The translations under genes were made by a program, and so were the position numbers. A DNA stretch of 64,000 nucleotides, taken from IMG/VR virus record IMGVR_UViG_3300047650_000023. One strand, written 5' to 3'. This document shows positions 47,342 through 57,551 of this stretch, piece after piece; the first letter of the stretch is position 1; each line of letters begins with the position of its first letter. Source of the stretch: a virus. Under the pieces are notes generated by a model, which did not search any database, had not been told where the DNA came from, and worked only from the letters and a program-made list of their open reading frames with translations.

Positions 47342-47985
47342 TTATTATCTCCTTTAAATTTTAGTTTATTATATATAGGTACTAACCAACTACCAAAACA
47401 GTTTCCTATTGTAACTACTACAATAAATTTGAGTGCTTTTAAAGAAATAAGTGATAATCCATTCATCATACCGAAATAAAACATATCTGCAATACAGTGT
47501 TCAAATTTACAAAGAATAAACACGGAAACACATAAAAATACTCCAATATATTTTCCTATATCAGATTTATTATTTTTAAAATTATCAACTGCTATATACA
47601 TTAACAGTCCACAAAAGAATGCCAAAATTAATGTAGAATATATCGGCTGTATTAATTTAGCATTACATAATGTCGTTGCTTTAAGTGCCAAATCAGGTCT
47701 AATATAATATAAACCTTGACAATATAAATCTGTTCCAAATAAATTTCCAAACCATATAATAACAAGACTAATCATATAATTAGGTTTATTATATAACAGA
47801 TATCCCACTTTACCTGTGAATAAATTAAATTGAAATACTAAAATTACGAATAATCCTATACCAAATAATAGTGATCCAATTACATGATTGTCGGTGGACA
47901 GATAAACTGTTCCACCAATACTAATCATAATACCTGCTATAATAGCTGAAATAAACGTTCTGAGATAGATTTTTAATTGTTCCAT
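47338..47985 (-). CDS. formate/nitrite transporter (FNT) family channel
   Basis: AIIAGIMISIGG, LFTG, GNLFG, LAFFCGLLM, FEHCIADMF, GNCFG. Confidence 0.88.
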   Translation of the reverse strand: MEQLKIYLRTFISAIIAGIMISIGGTVYLSTDNHVIGSLLFGIGLFVILVFQFNLFTGKVGYLLYNKPNYMISLVIIWFGNLFGTDLYCQGLYYIRPDLALKATTLCNAKLIQPIYSTLILAFFCGLLMYIAVDNFKNNKSDIGKYIGVFLCVSVFILCKFEHCIADMFYFGMMNGLSLISLKALKFIVVVTIGNCFGSWLVPIYNKLKFKGDNN

Positions 47986-48461
47986 AGAATTACCTCACTT
48001 TGTTTTAAACTCTCATTTACATTAATTATACGTTGATTAGATGAACCTTTGAATTTCAGTGATGTATCTTTTAACTTTTCAATAAATTCACCATCAACAA
48101 GAACATCAATATATTTAAGCATTTCATGATTTTTTATATCTTCAAATTTAAATCCTGTATATGCCCAAATTGTTTTAGTTGGTGATTTACTTTTAATTTG
48201 TTTAAGAAATTCAATCAATTCATCTTCTGAATATAATGGATCACCGCCACTAAGAGTAATTCCATCAATTAAAGAATCTGTGTTTATATAATTAATAATA
48301 TAATCCTGCATTTCTTTGTTAAATGGTTTTCCATAATTAAAATTAGATAATCTTTGGTTATGACAATTAAAACAGTTATGTTTACAACCACTAATAAAAA
48401 GAACTGTTCTTATACCAATACCATCATTTAAACTTTCATGAATTATTCCACCAATATTCAA
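47973..48461 (-). CDS. nrdG: anaerobic RNR activase
   Basis: DGIGIRTVLFISGCKHNCFNCHN, GITLSGGDPL, DVLVDGEF, FKGSSNQR. Confidence 0.95.
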   Translation of the reverse strand: MNIGGIIHESLNDGIGIRTVLFISGCKHNCFNCHNQRLSNFNYGKPFNKEMQDYIINYINTDSLIDGITLSGGDPLYSEDELIEFLKQIKSKSPTKTIWAYTGFKFEDIKNHEMLKYIDVLVDGEFIEKLKDTSLKFKGSSNQRIINVNESLKQSEVILWNN

Positions 48462-50692
48462 TTATTATCACCACCAAAATCTACTGTGAAATTATGATCA
48501 ACTCTATCAACTACTTCTGCTTGTTTGCCTTCATTGAAGTTAGATACATCAGAACTAAGATATCCAGTAACTCTAGCTATGCGCCAAATTTTTTGACTAT
48601 GGCAAATAGGACAATTATTTTCTATTTCACCTTGATATCCACAATCCAAACAAATATCACTTGGAAAATTAATAGCACCATATGGAATACCCAATTCCAT
48701 CATTCTATCAATAATTTTTTCTACTCCATCTTGATTATTATTTAGTTTACTATCAAGTTCAAGATATGTAATACAACCCGCCGTTTCATATTGAGTAAAT
48801 GGTGCTTCAAGTTCAAGTTTTTGTTCCATAGAAACCTTTTCCCAAACTGGAACATGGCTTGAGTTTGTTAAATATTTTTTATCTGTTACAAATGGAATTG
48901 AACCATATTCTTTTTTTAGTTTCTCAACTGATGTTTTACAAAGATTTTCTGCTGGAGTAGCATATGTAGAAAAATTGAGATTATATTTTTCAGAAGATGC
49001 TTTTGCATAATCATAAACATGTTTTACAACAGATAAGGCAAAGTTATATACTTTTTTATCATGTACAAAATTTGTACCAAATAAAGCTTGACACATTTCA
49101 GCAATACCAATAAATCCAAATCCTAATGTTCCATGTTTCATTGCATTATAAACATTATCTTCACATTTATCATAATCAGCAATAGTACCATTATCATACA
49201 TAAATGGAGCAGATTTTAAAGATTGATTACAAATATAACTAAATCTATTCAATAAAGATTCTCTTGTTATATCAAGAATATTATCAAGTGCCTTCCAAAA
49301 TCCTTCTATATCTGGTGTTTTACGTTTACCTTGACAGATACCATACTCAATACCAATCTTAGGAAGTATAATTGTTGTAGGACAAATATTTCCTCTTCCT
49401 ACTTGTTTATATCCTAATCCATGTCTATCAAATCCAAGTTGAGTTCTACATCCCATAGTGGCTTTAATTGTATCAATATCATCAGGATTTTCTAGATGGG
49501 TAGGTGAATCACAATTAACCCAATTAGGATAAAATCTTTTTGTCATAGATTGAATTGCAAGTTTTTTTAGATAATAATTTGGTGTTCCTTCTTTATCATT
49601 TATACCTTTTTTATATTGAAATATGGCAATTGGGAAAATACTAGTTTTATGTACTTTACCAATACCATCAATAGATGCTTTCAATAGCCACTCTGTTACT
49701 AACTGTCCTTCTTTGCTTGTATCTCGTCCATAATTTATTGAAGTGAATGGAACTTGTGCGCCAGCTCTTGATTCAAGTGTATTAAGATTATGATAAAGTG
49801 CTTGCGCTCCTTGCATACCTTCTCTATAAGTCATATCATAAGCATATTGATAAACCGATTCATACGCTTTTGCATTTTCACTGTTTAATGAAATATCAAA
49901 TCCATTATTAATAGTTTCTTGAATCAATTCATCTGTATAATGAGATATATATTTCATACCATCTTTATAATGTTTAACGAATGATTTTTTTACGTATGGT
50001 GCGATATCATAATCTATATGGGCTGAAGCCACACCACCAAATTGAACTTGTGATTGAATTTGAAATATAACAGCTATAAGTTGAAAAGCTGTTGCTATAG
50101 AATTAGCACCTCTTACATCACCATTTCTTGTAGAAAATCCTTCTTTTAGAAGTTTGCCTACATCAGCAAAAAGACAGTTATGAGAACCAATTGCATATTT
50201 ATCAAAATCATGAATATATATATAACCATCTTCAAAAGCTTTTTTTACCGATTCTGTCAATAGATTATCTTTTGCATATTGTTTATGTAATTCTGAACCA
50301 ACTCTATTTTCCCTACCAGAAAAAGAATATTGGTCAATATTTGCATTATTGTTATCAATATTACTACAAGAAATTATATCATGTGTTTTCTGATAAAGTT
50401 CTTTGTTTAAGTTTCTTACCCTAGTGCGTTCTTGTCGATACGTAATATACTCTTTAGCAACATCCTTACGGCTACTTGCCATAAGTTTATCTTCTACAAT
50501 ATCTTGAATAGATTCTACTGAAATCTTTTTAATATTTGAATCTTCAATTGTATGTGCAATTTTATTTGAAATGCTTAATGCAATTTCACGATTTATTCCA
50601 TTGTCTGTTCGCTCCATTGCTTTAATAATTGCATCAGTTATTTTCGTTCTATTAAATTCTACTTTTCTACCATCACGCTTAGTGACTTCCAT
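48458..50692 (-). CDS. nrdD: class III ribonucleotide reductase with ATP cone, intron-free
   Basis: VTKRDGR ATP cone, YIHD, HNC, MGCRT, TPAE, CLDC/CPIC Zn site, RVTGYL glycyl-radical motif. Confidence 0.96.
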   Translation of the reverse strand: MEVTKRDGRKVEFNRTKITDAIIKAMERTDNGINREIALSISNKIAHTIEDSNIKKISVESIQDIVEDKLMASSRKDVAKEYITYRQERTRVRNLNKELYQKTHDIISCSNIDNNNANIDQYSFSGRENRVGSELHKQYAKDNLLTESVKKAFEDGYIYIHDFDKYAIGSHNCLFADVGKLLKEGFSTRNGDVRGANSIATAFQLIAVIFQIQSQVQFGGVASAHIDYDIAPYVKKSFVKHYKDGMKYISHYTDELIQETINNGFDISLNSENAKAYESVYQYAYDMTYREGMQGAQALYHNLNTLESRAGAQVPFTSINYGRDTSKEGQLVTEWLLKASIDGIGKVHKTSIFPIAIFQYKKGINDKEGTPNYYLKKLAIQSMTKRFYPNWVNCDSPTHLENPDDIDTIKATMGCRTQLGFDRHGLGYKQVGRGNICPTTIILPKIGIEYGICQGKRKTPDIEGFWKALDNILDITRESLLNRFSYICNQSLKSAPFMYDNGTIADYDKCEDNVYNAMKHGTLGFGFIGIAEMCQALFGTNFVHDKKVYNFALSVVKHVYDYAKASSEKYNLNFSTYATPAENLCKTSVEKLKKEYGSIPFVTDKKYLTNSSHVPVWEKVSMEQKLELEAPFTQYETAGCITYLELDSKLNNNQDGVEKIIDRMMELGIPYGAINFPSDICLDCGYQGEIENNCPICHSQKIWRIARVTGYLSSDVSNFNEGKQAEVVDRVDHNFTVDFGGDNN

Positions 50693-50908
50693 TTATACTC
50701 TCCATTCTTTTTTATAATTATAATAATTATCTTTACTTAGTTCTGCAATTTTCCCCATCAAATCCTTATTTGCTTGTCTTAATTCATTGTTTTCATCTAT
50801 CACTTCCTTATATTGAGTTTCTTTGATGTCACTAGCCATATAATAGCCTGCGAAAATACAAAGTAGACATGCCCATATCACCCCAATTATAACTACTATT
50901 TCATCCAT
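50693..50908 (-). CDS. small membrane-anchored coiled-coil protein
   Basis: N-terminal TM. Confidence 0.55.
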   Translation of the reverse strand: MDEIVVIIGVIWACLLCIFAGYYMASDIKETQYKEVIDENNELRQANKDLMGKIAELSKDNYYNYKKEWRV

Positions 50909-50914
50909 ATAAGT

Positions 50915-51535
50915 TTATTTCGTCCTCCAAATTGTATTTTGTTCAATAATCTCTTTTATTTGAACTATCTTTTCAATTTCATTATAAATTTCAGACCAAT
51001 CATTTACTCTAATTAAATTATTTTGAATATCATCGACATTTTGATTCCACGGATAAGAATAAAGAATTTTATAATAATTACCACCAATTAAATTATGTAA
51101 AGCATCGTCAATACAAATGTCAGATTTCACAGAAAGTTTATCTTCTGTAATAGTTACTTGTTCCCATTTTAAAAATGGATAGTAATGAAATAACCAATCC
51201 ATTTTAATTGATATGGTTTTATAATAACTTGCTGTTACAATTTTTACTTTATATTTATTATTGAGTATTTCAAGATATTTTTGAGAGTTTGGAAGTGGTT
51301 TAAGACTTTTCCATAACGATTCATCAAGTAATGGTGAAATGATTTGCTGCTCAGTAAGTGTTGTAAAAGCTTTTTGCATATTCCATTCTTTAATATCTGA
51401 TAGCTTAACATTTAGATTATATTGTCTATTGAGTGTTTGAGTCCAAATTGGATTAAGATCATTAAGAATATTATCAAGATCACAAGAGATAATAATATTC
51501 TTATTCATGTTCAACCTCATATTCTTTGATGTCAT
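50915..51535 (-). CDS. HAD-family 5'(3')-deoxyribonucleotidase
   Basis: CDLDNIL, IVTAS, KMDWL..YPF, ICIDD..HNL. Confidence 0.8.
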   Translation of the reverse strand: MTSKNMRLNMNKNIIISCDLDNILNDLNPIWTQTLNRQYNLNVKLSDIKEWNMQKAFTTLTEQQIISPLLDESLWKSLKPLPNSQKYLEILNNKYKVKIVTASYYKTISIKMDWLFHYYPFLKWEQVTITEDKLSVKSDICIDDALHNLIGGNYYKILYSYPWNQNVDDIQNNLIRVNDWSEIYNEIEKIVQIKEIIEQNTIWRTK

Positions 51536-52238
51536 TTATAATGTCTTGAATACATTTATCAAAATTATAATTTTGGACTATGTAATCACAATTCGCCTTT
51601 ACTGTGAAATAATCAAATACTTGCTCGTCATCTTTTAATCTACGTTGCCATTCTGTTTCATCATAACCATATCTGCGTTTTGCTCTGAACTCTCTTTCGC
51701 TAGAATCTACTTTTATGTAAAATGAAATAACTTTATCACCATATTCTTGCTTGAAAGCTTTAAGACCAACAATATCAAGAACTACAATGTAACTATTTTC
51801 TTCAAGGTTAATGCTGTCTTTATGTACACCATAAAACCATGTATTAGGAATATTATTTACAAGAGTTTCATATTTTCTAAATTCGATTAATTCATTATTA
51901 TCAATCATCTGCTCAAACTTATTTCGACTAATAAAATGATATGGATTATTCTCCGTTTCATCTGGTCTAGGAGGTCTTGATGTATGAGAAACTACAAATT
52001 TATATCCATAATGTTCTGAAAAATAACTTGCAATTTTGTCTTTACCACTAGCTGAAGGTGCTACAAAAATAATTATTTTATTATTTTTTAATCTATTTAA
52101 TTTTTCAGTTGTCTTTTTGGATAATTCTACAATAGTTCCATTATGTATTCCGTCCATTAAATCATCCATAAGTGTATATAATGTTGCTAAATTATTAAGA
52201 CTGTATGCATCTTGTATGCGTTGAAGAATATTAGTCAT
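51501..52238 (-). CDS. gmk: guanylate kinase-like protein with N-terminal extension
   Basis: APSASGKD P-loop, VSHTSRPPRPDE, YHFIS, WFYG. Confidence 0.8.
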   Translation of the reverse strand: MTNILQRIQDAYSLNNLATLYTLMDDLMDGIHNGTIVELSKKTTEKLNRLKNNKIIIFVAPSASGKDKIASYFSEHYGYKFVVSHTSRPPRPDETENNPYHFISRNKFEQMIDNNELIEFRKYETLVNNIPNTWFYGVHKDSINLEENSYIVVLDIVGLKAFKQEYGDKVISFYIKVDSSEREFRAKRRYGYDETEWQRRLKDDEQVFDYFTVKANCDYIVQNYNFDKCIQDIINDIKEYEVEHE

Positions 52239-52473
52239 TTTGTGTATTAACTCCTTCTTTTTCTTCACCATCTTTTTTCAATTTATTAATTATTAAACTT
52301 GTTGCTTTTTGCTGATTTTTCATCATTTTACGATATTCCATAATCTTAAAAGAAAGTGTTTGCGCTAGCTCATAAATTTCATTTATACGCCCATCTTCAT
52401 ATATGGAATATTGATTTAAGATTTCAATTTCTTTATCATACTTCCCCATTATTATTTCCTTTCTCAATTTCAT
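52231..52473 (-). CDS. hypothetical protein
   Basis: Co-oriented ORF in operon. Confidence 0.5.
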   Translation of the reverse strand: MKLRKEIIMGKYDKEIEILNQYSIYEDGRINEIYELAQTLSFKIMEYRKMMKNQQKATSLIINKLKKDGEEKEGVNTQND

Positions 52474-52678
52474 TTAAAATAGTTTCAATATCAATACAAT
52501 GTTGTTCACACACTTCATTAAAATCAATATATCTAAATCCTTCAGCATTTCTCACTTGTCTACTGTAAGAAACATAATCTCTTAAATGTATAATTGTTTC
52601 TTCAAGATTACTCGATATAATAGTTTCTTTATTTACTTCTGTATTATTAATTTGTTGTTCTTGGTTTTGTTCGTCCAA
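52436..52678 (-). CDS. hypothetical protein
   Basis: GGAG SD, co-oriented. Confidence 0.55.
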   Translation of the reverse strand: MDEQNQEQQINNTEVNKETIISSNLEETIIHLRDYVSYSRQVRNAEGFRYIDFNEVCEQHCIDIETILNEIEKGNNNGEV

Positions 52679-52679
52679 T

Positions 52680-52907
52680 TTAATTCTCCTTTAAAACTTC
52701 AAATCTGTTAAACATATTTTCATCTTCTTTATTTTCAAACTTAACAATTATAGGATTGTTTAAATTTAAGCTCATTAAGCCCAATAATGATTTTGCACAT
52801 AGAATTCTATTCCCTGTTTCAGACTGAGCTGTTATATCTCCTTTACATAATTGTGCTAATGTAAAAAACTGATCACGATCAATAATCTTATGTAAATCAA
52901 GTGTCAT
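52680..52907 (-). CDS. HPr-like protein lacking the His15 region
   Basis: RILCAKSLLGLMSLNL matches the HPr Ser46 motif (xAKSxxGxxxL). Confidence 0.7.
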   Translation of the reverse strand: MTLDLHKIIDRDQFFTLAQLCKGDITAQSETGNRILCAKSLLGLMSLNLNNPIIVKFENKEDENMFNRFEVLKEN

Positions 52908-52927
52908 TTAATTTATTATTCCTTTCT

Positions 52928-53158
52928 TTATTTCTTTTTAGACCATAATATATAACCTTGAATATTCAGTACAATATAAAAAAGATACATTATTAACTGA
53001 AACCAATTATGTAAATAAACGTCTACTACAATCCAAACTACATTACTAATAATCCAAATTGTATATCCTTGTTTATTTTGTTTGTTAATTAACCAGTTTC
53101 CCCATAAACTAAATATTAGTGCAATAAACGAAAATATTTGAAAACTTAAATTATTCAA
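52928..53158 (-). CDS. half-size PnuC-like (nicotinamide riboside transporter family) membrane protein
   Basis: Three TM segments. SLWGNWL..K...GYTIWIISNVVW...LNIQGYILW. Confidence 0.6.
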   Translation of the reverse strand: MNNLSFQIFSFIALIFSLWGNWLINKQNKQGYTIWIISNVVWIVVDVYLHNWFQLIMYLFYIVLNIQGYILWSKKK

Positions 53159-53160
53159 AC

Positions 53161-53757
53161 TTATTTTACCTCATAAAAATCATTGTTATACAAATCATAT
53201 CTTGATTGAATATTAGTCAAATCTTCATTTCTATGTTTAGAAATAAATTTATTCCAATATCCACATGACTTAAATTCACAACAACCACATCTATAAATAC
53301 AATTTGGTACAAGAACATTTGACAATTCAGATTCACACGGTTTAATGTTTATTTTAAAATCTACGGCTAGTTCTCTTGTTTCAGGACTTGCCATAAAACA
53401 CAGACGTTTACGCCAAGAATCAATTAAATGTTGTGCATTAGCTTCGCCATCAAATTTAACTAATTCACTTTGACTTAAATTTTTTCTATCTACACCAGTT
53501 CTATCACTTCTTTGTGTTTCAATAAAACATTCCCATTTATGTCTTGACCAATGTGTAGCAACCCATGAATAAATATTATTCCATGTCCAATCAATTTTAA
53601 GTAATCTAATTGGACTATGTTCTGATATAAGAAGTTTTCTTTTAAATTCGATTGTAGGAATATTTTCGGTATAATTTTTTCCAATAGTGGTTCTACATTT
53701 ATTTTTAATATTTACCCAATCTGCATCAATTTTATTAAATATTGTCTTTAATATCAT
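53161..53757 (-). CDS. thyX: divergent FAD-dependent thymidylate synthase-like protein
   Basis: EHSP, THWSRH, TQRSDRTG, RKRLC..ASPETR, LVPNCIYRCGC. Confidence 0.6.
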   Translation of the reverse strand: MILKTIFNKIDADWVNIKNKCRTTIGKNYTENIPTIEFKRKLLISEHSPIRLLKIDWTWNNIYSWVATHWSRHKWECFIETQRSDRTGVDRKNLSQSELVKFDGEANAQHLIDSWRKRLCFMASPETRELAVDFKINIKPCESELSNVLVPNCIYRCGCCEFKSCGYWNKFISKHRNEDLTNIQSRYDLYNNDFYEVK

Positions 53758-53948
53758 TATTCACTTTCTTTCTTTTCAAATTTCTTCTTAGTGTTCTTAT
53801 TATTGAGAATACATCGTTCTAGTTTTACCTTATCTATTATTACACAACAATCTACGGCACAATGATATTCAAATTCTACAGATTTATCAACCTTGGTAAG
53901 TGTAACTGAAAATAACTGGTCACAGCCTTCACATTGTTCAATAGTCAA
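53757..53948 (-). CDS. small Cys-containing hypothetical protein
   Basis: Co-oriented, abuts thyX-like gene. Confidence 0.45.
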   Translation of the reverse strand: MTIEQCEGCDQLFSVTLTKVDKSVEFEYHCAVDCCVIIDKVKLERCILNNKNTKKKFEKKESE

Positions 53949-54188
53949 TTTTAGACTTCTTCTTTCTCTTATTTAATTTATTGTTTATATTCTTGTTTTC
54001 ATCATCTCCATATTCTCTAAGATTACGTTTGCTTTTCTTGTATTCCTTAATACGGTCTTTTTCTTTTTGCTCTGGTGTTTTCAAACTTATGTATTCCTTT
54101 CTATTTCTGTTTTTAATTTATTTTAGTTGCTGATAATATTATACTATACAATCCCGACTATGTCAATACAATTCTTAATTTATTTCAG

Positions 54189-54395
54189 TTATCTTTTGAT
54201 TTCACCGATTGTATATAATTCATCTTCAAGTTCTTTTGAAATATTCATAGAAGTTCCTATAGATTCTTCATTATGATAATAGAAATTAGTATCTTCTGAA
54301 GATACGCGATATTTAACACCTTTAAGATATTCTATATGACTAATCGGATTAATAAAATCATTCAAAAAATAAATATATTTTTGTGGTTTAGACAT
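54189..54395 (-). CDS. hypothetical protein
   Basis: AAGGAG SD. Confidence 0.55.
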   Translation of the reverse strand: MSKPQKYIYFLNDFINPISHIEYLKGVKYRVSSEDTNFYYHNEESIGTSMNISKELEDELYTIGEIKR

Positions 54396-54409
54396 TTATA
54401 ATTACTCCT

Positions 54410-54586
54410 TTACGATTTATTTATTTTACCACAGTTACCTTCACATTTCCAAATAACATTCTGTAGTTCATAAATTCTAGTTATTGAAGAACCACAAGCA
54501 GGACAGAATTCTAGATTTGGCTCAGTCATTTTCTTTTGTATTTCAATTATCCCACATTTGGGACAATTGTATTTATAATAAGCCAT
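54410..54586 (-). CDS. FmdB-family zinc-ribbon protein (58 aa, not in track)
   Basis: MAYYKYNCPKCG..IQKKMTE...CPACGS..RIY. Confidence 0.7.
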   Translation of the reverse strand: MAYYKYNCPKCGIIEIQKKMTEPNLEFCPACGSSITRIYELQNVIWKCEGNCGKINKS

Positions 54587-54601
54587 TTATTATTTATCAC
54601 A

Positions 54602-54799
54602 TCACTTCATAAAAAATATTCCAATACATATTGCTATTATGTTAGTAATTAGCCCAACAGTAAAACCAATAAAAAATCCTTTATAATATTCTTGATTAAA
54701 ATTTTTGCTGTTTAATTTTTTATTATCATCTTTTTCACAGATTTCATTTAACTTATCATCAACTTGTTTCATTGATTTATAAATATGTGTCACCTTCAA
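54602..54799 (-). CDS. small C-terminal TM protein
   Basis: GFFIGFTVGLITNIIAICIGIFF. Confidence 0.55.
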   Translation of the reverse strand: MKVTHIYKSMKQVDDKLNEICEKDDNKKLNSKNFNQEYYKGFFIGFTVGLITNIIAICIGIFFMK

Positions 54800-54832
54800 T
54801 TCTTACTAAATCTCACCAAAAGATTTTTTTAT

Positions 54833-55021
54833 TCACATTATTTTTGCATTAATCTGATATTCGATTTCACCATTTATTCTTGAAACAGAATATGAAATGA
54901 GTTTTGCATTACCAGCATTGTCAAAATTGATTTTAGAATAGATATTTAAATTATGTACATCATATTTTGTTATGACTTTATTTGCAATATTAACTAAAAT
55001 ACGCTTAAAAGGACTCTTCAA
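54833..55021 (-). CDS. hypothetical protein
   Basis: GGAGGTGA SD. Confidence 0.55.
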   Translation of the reverse strand: MKSPFKRILVNIANKVITKYDVHNLNIYSKINFDNAGNAKLISYSVSRINGEIEYQINAKIM

Positions 55022-55055
55022 TATATTTCACCTCCAATCAATTGAACATATCATG

Positions 55056-55247
55056 TTAAGTTTTATTAAAATAATTAGGATGTTCATTTAAAAACTGTAG
55101 ACCATTTTTTAAATATTTTTTATATTCATATTGTTTTTGAATATACTTCCACGGTTTTGCTTCATAATAAGGAACGTTTTTATATTCCTCTATGATTTCT
55201 CCTGTTTTAGAATCTTTTAAAGTTATATCTACACTATCATTTCCCAT
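55056..55247 (-). CDS. hypothetical protein
   Basis: Co-oriented ORF. Confidence 0.5.
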   Translation of the reverse strand: MGNDSVDITLKDSKTGEIIEEYKNVPYYEAKPWKYIQKQYEYKKYLKNGLQFLNEHPNYFNKT

Positions 55248-55310
55248 TAGAAATTCATTTATAATTTATTCACTTCCTAATATACAATCAAAGTTGTATT
55301 TGTTGATATA

Positions 55311-55574
55311 TTAATCATCATAATCATTTTTAGCTTCATCATATCCATCATCGTAACCTTCGGTGTATGATTTATCTTTTATTGTTTCAATAACTTCCTC
55401 ATTAATTGAAGCCTCATAATTATTTATATAATTAGATATTTCTTTATTAACTTCCAATAACAAATTTTCAATATCCTCTTTTGATTCAATTTTACCTACA
55501 ATATAAGCTGGAATAATAATCACCTCCCATCGTATAACCTTATATAAGCCTACAGACTCACTTATTTTCTCCAA
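55311..55574 (-). CDS. hypothetical protein
   Basis: Co-oriented ORF, GYDDGYDE tail. Confidence 0.5.
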   Translation of the reverse strand: MEKISESVGLYKVIRWEVIIIPAYIVGKIESKEDIENLLLEVNKEISNYINNYEASINEEVIETIKDKSYTEGYDDGYDEAKNDYDD

Positions 55575-55758
55575 GCATAATTATTGCACTATAATCGTCA
55601 GATGCTGATATAACGCCTAGAATTGGCTTGTATGTATCTTCTGATTGAATAAATACAAGTGCGAGAGAATCATCATGAAACTTGCTTTTATCATTTAGTT
55701 GTTCTTTTAAGTCTTTTACTGTTAAACAACTTTGACCCATTTCCAGTCCTCCTTTCAT
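55558..55758 (-). CDS. hypothetical protein
   Basis: AAAGGAGG SD before MGQS. Confidence 0.55.
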   Translation of the reverse strand: MKGGLEMGQSCLTVKDLKEQLNDKSKFHDDSLALVFIQSEDTYKPILGVISASDDYSAIIMLGENK

Positions 55759-55783
55759 TTAAAACTATCACCAATGGTACGAT

Positions 55784-56389
55784 TTATGGTAGTTGTGTGG
55801 TTTCTATATTAACAAGTTCTTCTTTTAGACTTTTAATCTGATCTTTTATATATTGTTTTCTTTGTTCTATCTTTTGTTTTTCAACTACTTCGCTTTTATT
55901 TAATTCATTTTTACTAAACTCTTCTTCAAATTTCCAATAGTCACTTTCATCTCCATTCCAACTACTATTAAGAATAGATTCAACTTTTTCAATTGTAAAA
56001 GCAGGAGCAAACCAATCACATCCGTGCCCACAACAATCGTGTTTTGAATTATAATCTTTATCTTCAGGAGAACATTGACAATATCCCCAACTACGTTCAT
56101 CTGATTTAAATGTAATTCTATAATAATAATTCTCATCATCATTTTTAATTATGTAAACAGAAATACTACCATACGTGTACCCGCCTGTATTATCTTCCTC
56201 ATAACTACTAATTCTATATTCATTTCTTGTAATATCATTGATAAAAACATTGCTATCATTAATATTTTGATCTATTATTGATACCATATAGCATATATCT
56301 AATGGTCGCTTATTGTTATCTATTCTGTATTCATTTTCCCTATTTAAAGTATCAATTAATTCTCTTATAAAGTAATCTTTAACTTCCAT
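55784..56389 (-). CDS. hypothetical protein with Cys/His cluster
   Basis: WGYCQC....HDCCGHGCDW. AAGGAG SD. Confidence 0.65.
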   Translation of the reverse strand: MEVKDYFIRELIDTLNRENEYRIDNNKRPLDICYMVSIIDQNINDSNVFINDITRNEYRISSYEEDNTGGYTYGSISVYIIKNDDENYYYRITFKSDERSWGYCQCSPEDKDYNSKHDCCGHGCDWFAPAFTIEKVESILNSSWNGDESDYWKFEEEFSKNELNKSEVVEKQKIEQRKQYIKDQIKSLKEELVNIETTQLP

Positions 56390-56427
56390 TTTTTATCTCC
56401 TTTAAATTTTTATTATTAATCAATTAT

Positions 56428-56922
56428 TTAATCTATTGGGTTTTGCAAGTCTTTAATAACATTTATTCTGTATTCTTCGAGCCAATGATCTTTATATTTA
56501 ATTGTTTGTAATATTGGAATTAAACAATCATATTCCCAATTTTCAAAACACCTAATTGTAATATCATTAATCTCAACATTATTATATTTCAATCCGTAAG
56601 TAACCATATCAATAATTAGTATATTAACATCTCGACTATTAAAATGAGATAAAATATGAAATATTGAAATCAGTCTATGATTATTATTTAGATTTTGTCC
56701 AAAGATTATATATAACCAATCTACTTTATCTTTTATGTTTTCTTTACATAAATTAAAATATGCTTCGGACGAAGATGTCATTCCTGATTCACAACTTTCA
56801 TTATCTATCAGAGATAAAAATAAATTTGTATTCAATTTTATAATTTCCTTTCTAAATGTTAATGAAATGGGAAATCTATATCTGTTTGTAATTATAAATA
56901 TTAATAATTGCCAAACATCCAT
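56428..56922 (-). CDS. hypothetical helical-repeat protein
   Basis: Co-oriented ORF. Confidence 0.5.
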   Translation of the reverse strand: MDVWQLLIFIITNRYRFPISLTFRKEIIKLNTNLFLSLIDNESCESGMTSSSEAYFNLCKENIKDKVDWLYIIFGQNLNNNHRLISIFHILSHFNSRDVNILIIDMVTYGLKYNNVEINDITIRCFENWEYDCLIPILQTIKYKDHWLEEYRINVIKDLQNPID

Positions 56923-57054
56923 TCATTGCAGCCATTATTAAATCAATTATTCCTAAATAACTATCATTATTACATAAACAAATAAATGTCGAAATAAGAC
57001 AAAATATAAAAGTTAATATATTAAATATAATTATTCCTAAAATAAATTTCCTCA

Positions 57055-57339
57055 TTATTCATTCACCTCAATTAAATCTTCAATATTAAACAACCACTTA
57101 GGATTATTTGTATCTTCAACAAGCGATACAAAATTTTTATAATATTGATTAGGTTCAATATGTAGGATAGTATCTCTATTAGTTGTTATAAATTCTTTAT
57201 ATGTATTAGGTTTGAAATCATAAGTTTTATCTTTGCTAATGTTTTTATAATTTAATCTTATTTTTCTACCTTCTATTTTATCATAATTTTTAACATTTGA
57301 TACATTATTAATAATATTTTCTACTTCTGTAAATCTCAT
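57055..57339 (-). CDS. hypothetical protein
   Basis: Co-oriented ORF. Confidence 0.55.
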   Translation of the reverse strand: MRFTEVENIINNVSNVKNYDKIEGRKIRLNYKNISKDKTYDFKPNTYKEFITTNRDTILHIEPNQYYKNFVSLVEDTNNPKWLFNIEDLIEVNE

Positions 57340-57365
57340 TTATTTTTTCTTCTTTCTTACTTTAT

Positions 57366-57551
57366 TTATTCACATTTTAATTTCTGTAAAGTTTCATTTA
57401 TTATTAATTGATCTTTGTCATTTAACGTTTCATTATCTGCTTGACATTTATTAAATATTTCAGTAGGACATTGAAATACATTCTCATGGTTTACACTCAT
57501 GTAATCACATACTAAAGTTCCACCTAGATATTTTTTAAAGGGACATTTCAT
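57366..57551 (-). CDS. hypothetical protein
   Basis: GAGGA SD. Confidence 0.5.
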   Translation of the reverse strand: MKCPFKKYLGGTLVCDYMSVNHENVFQCPTEIFNKCQADNETLNDKDQLIINETLQKLKCE

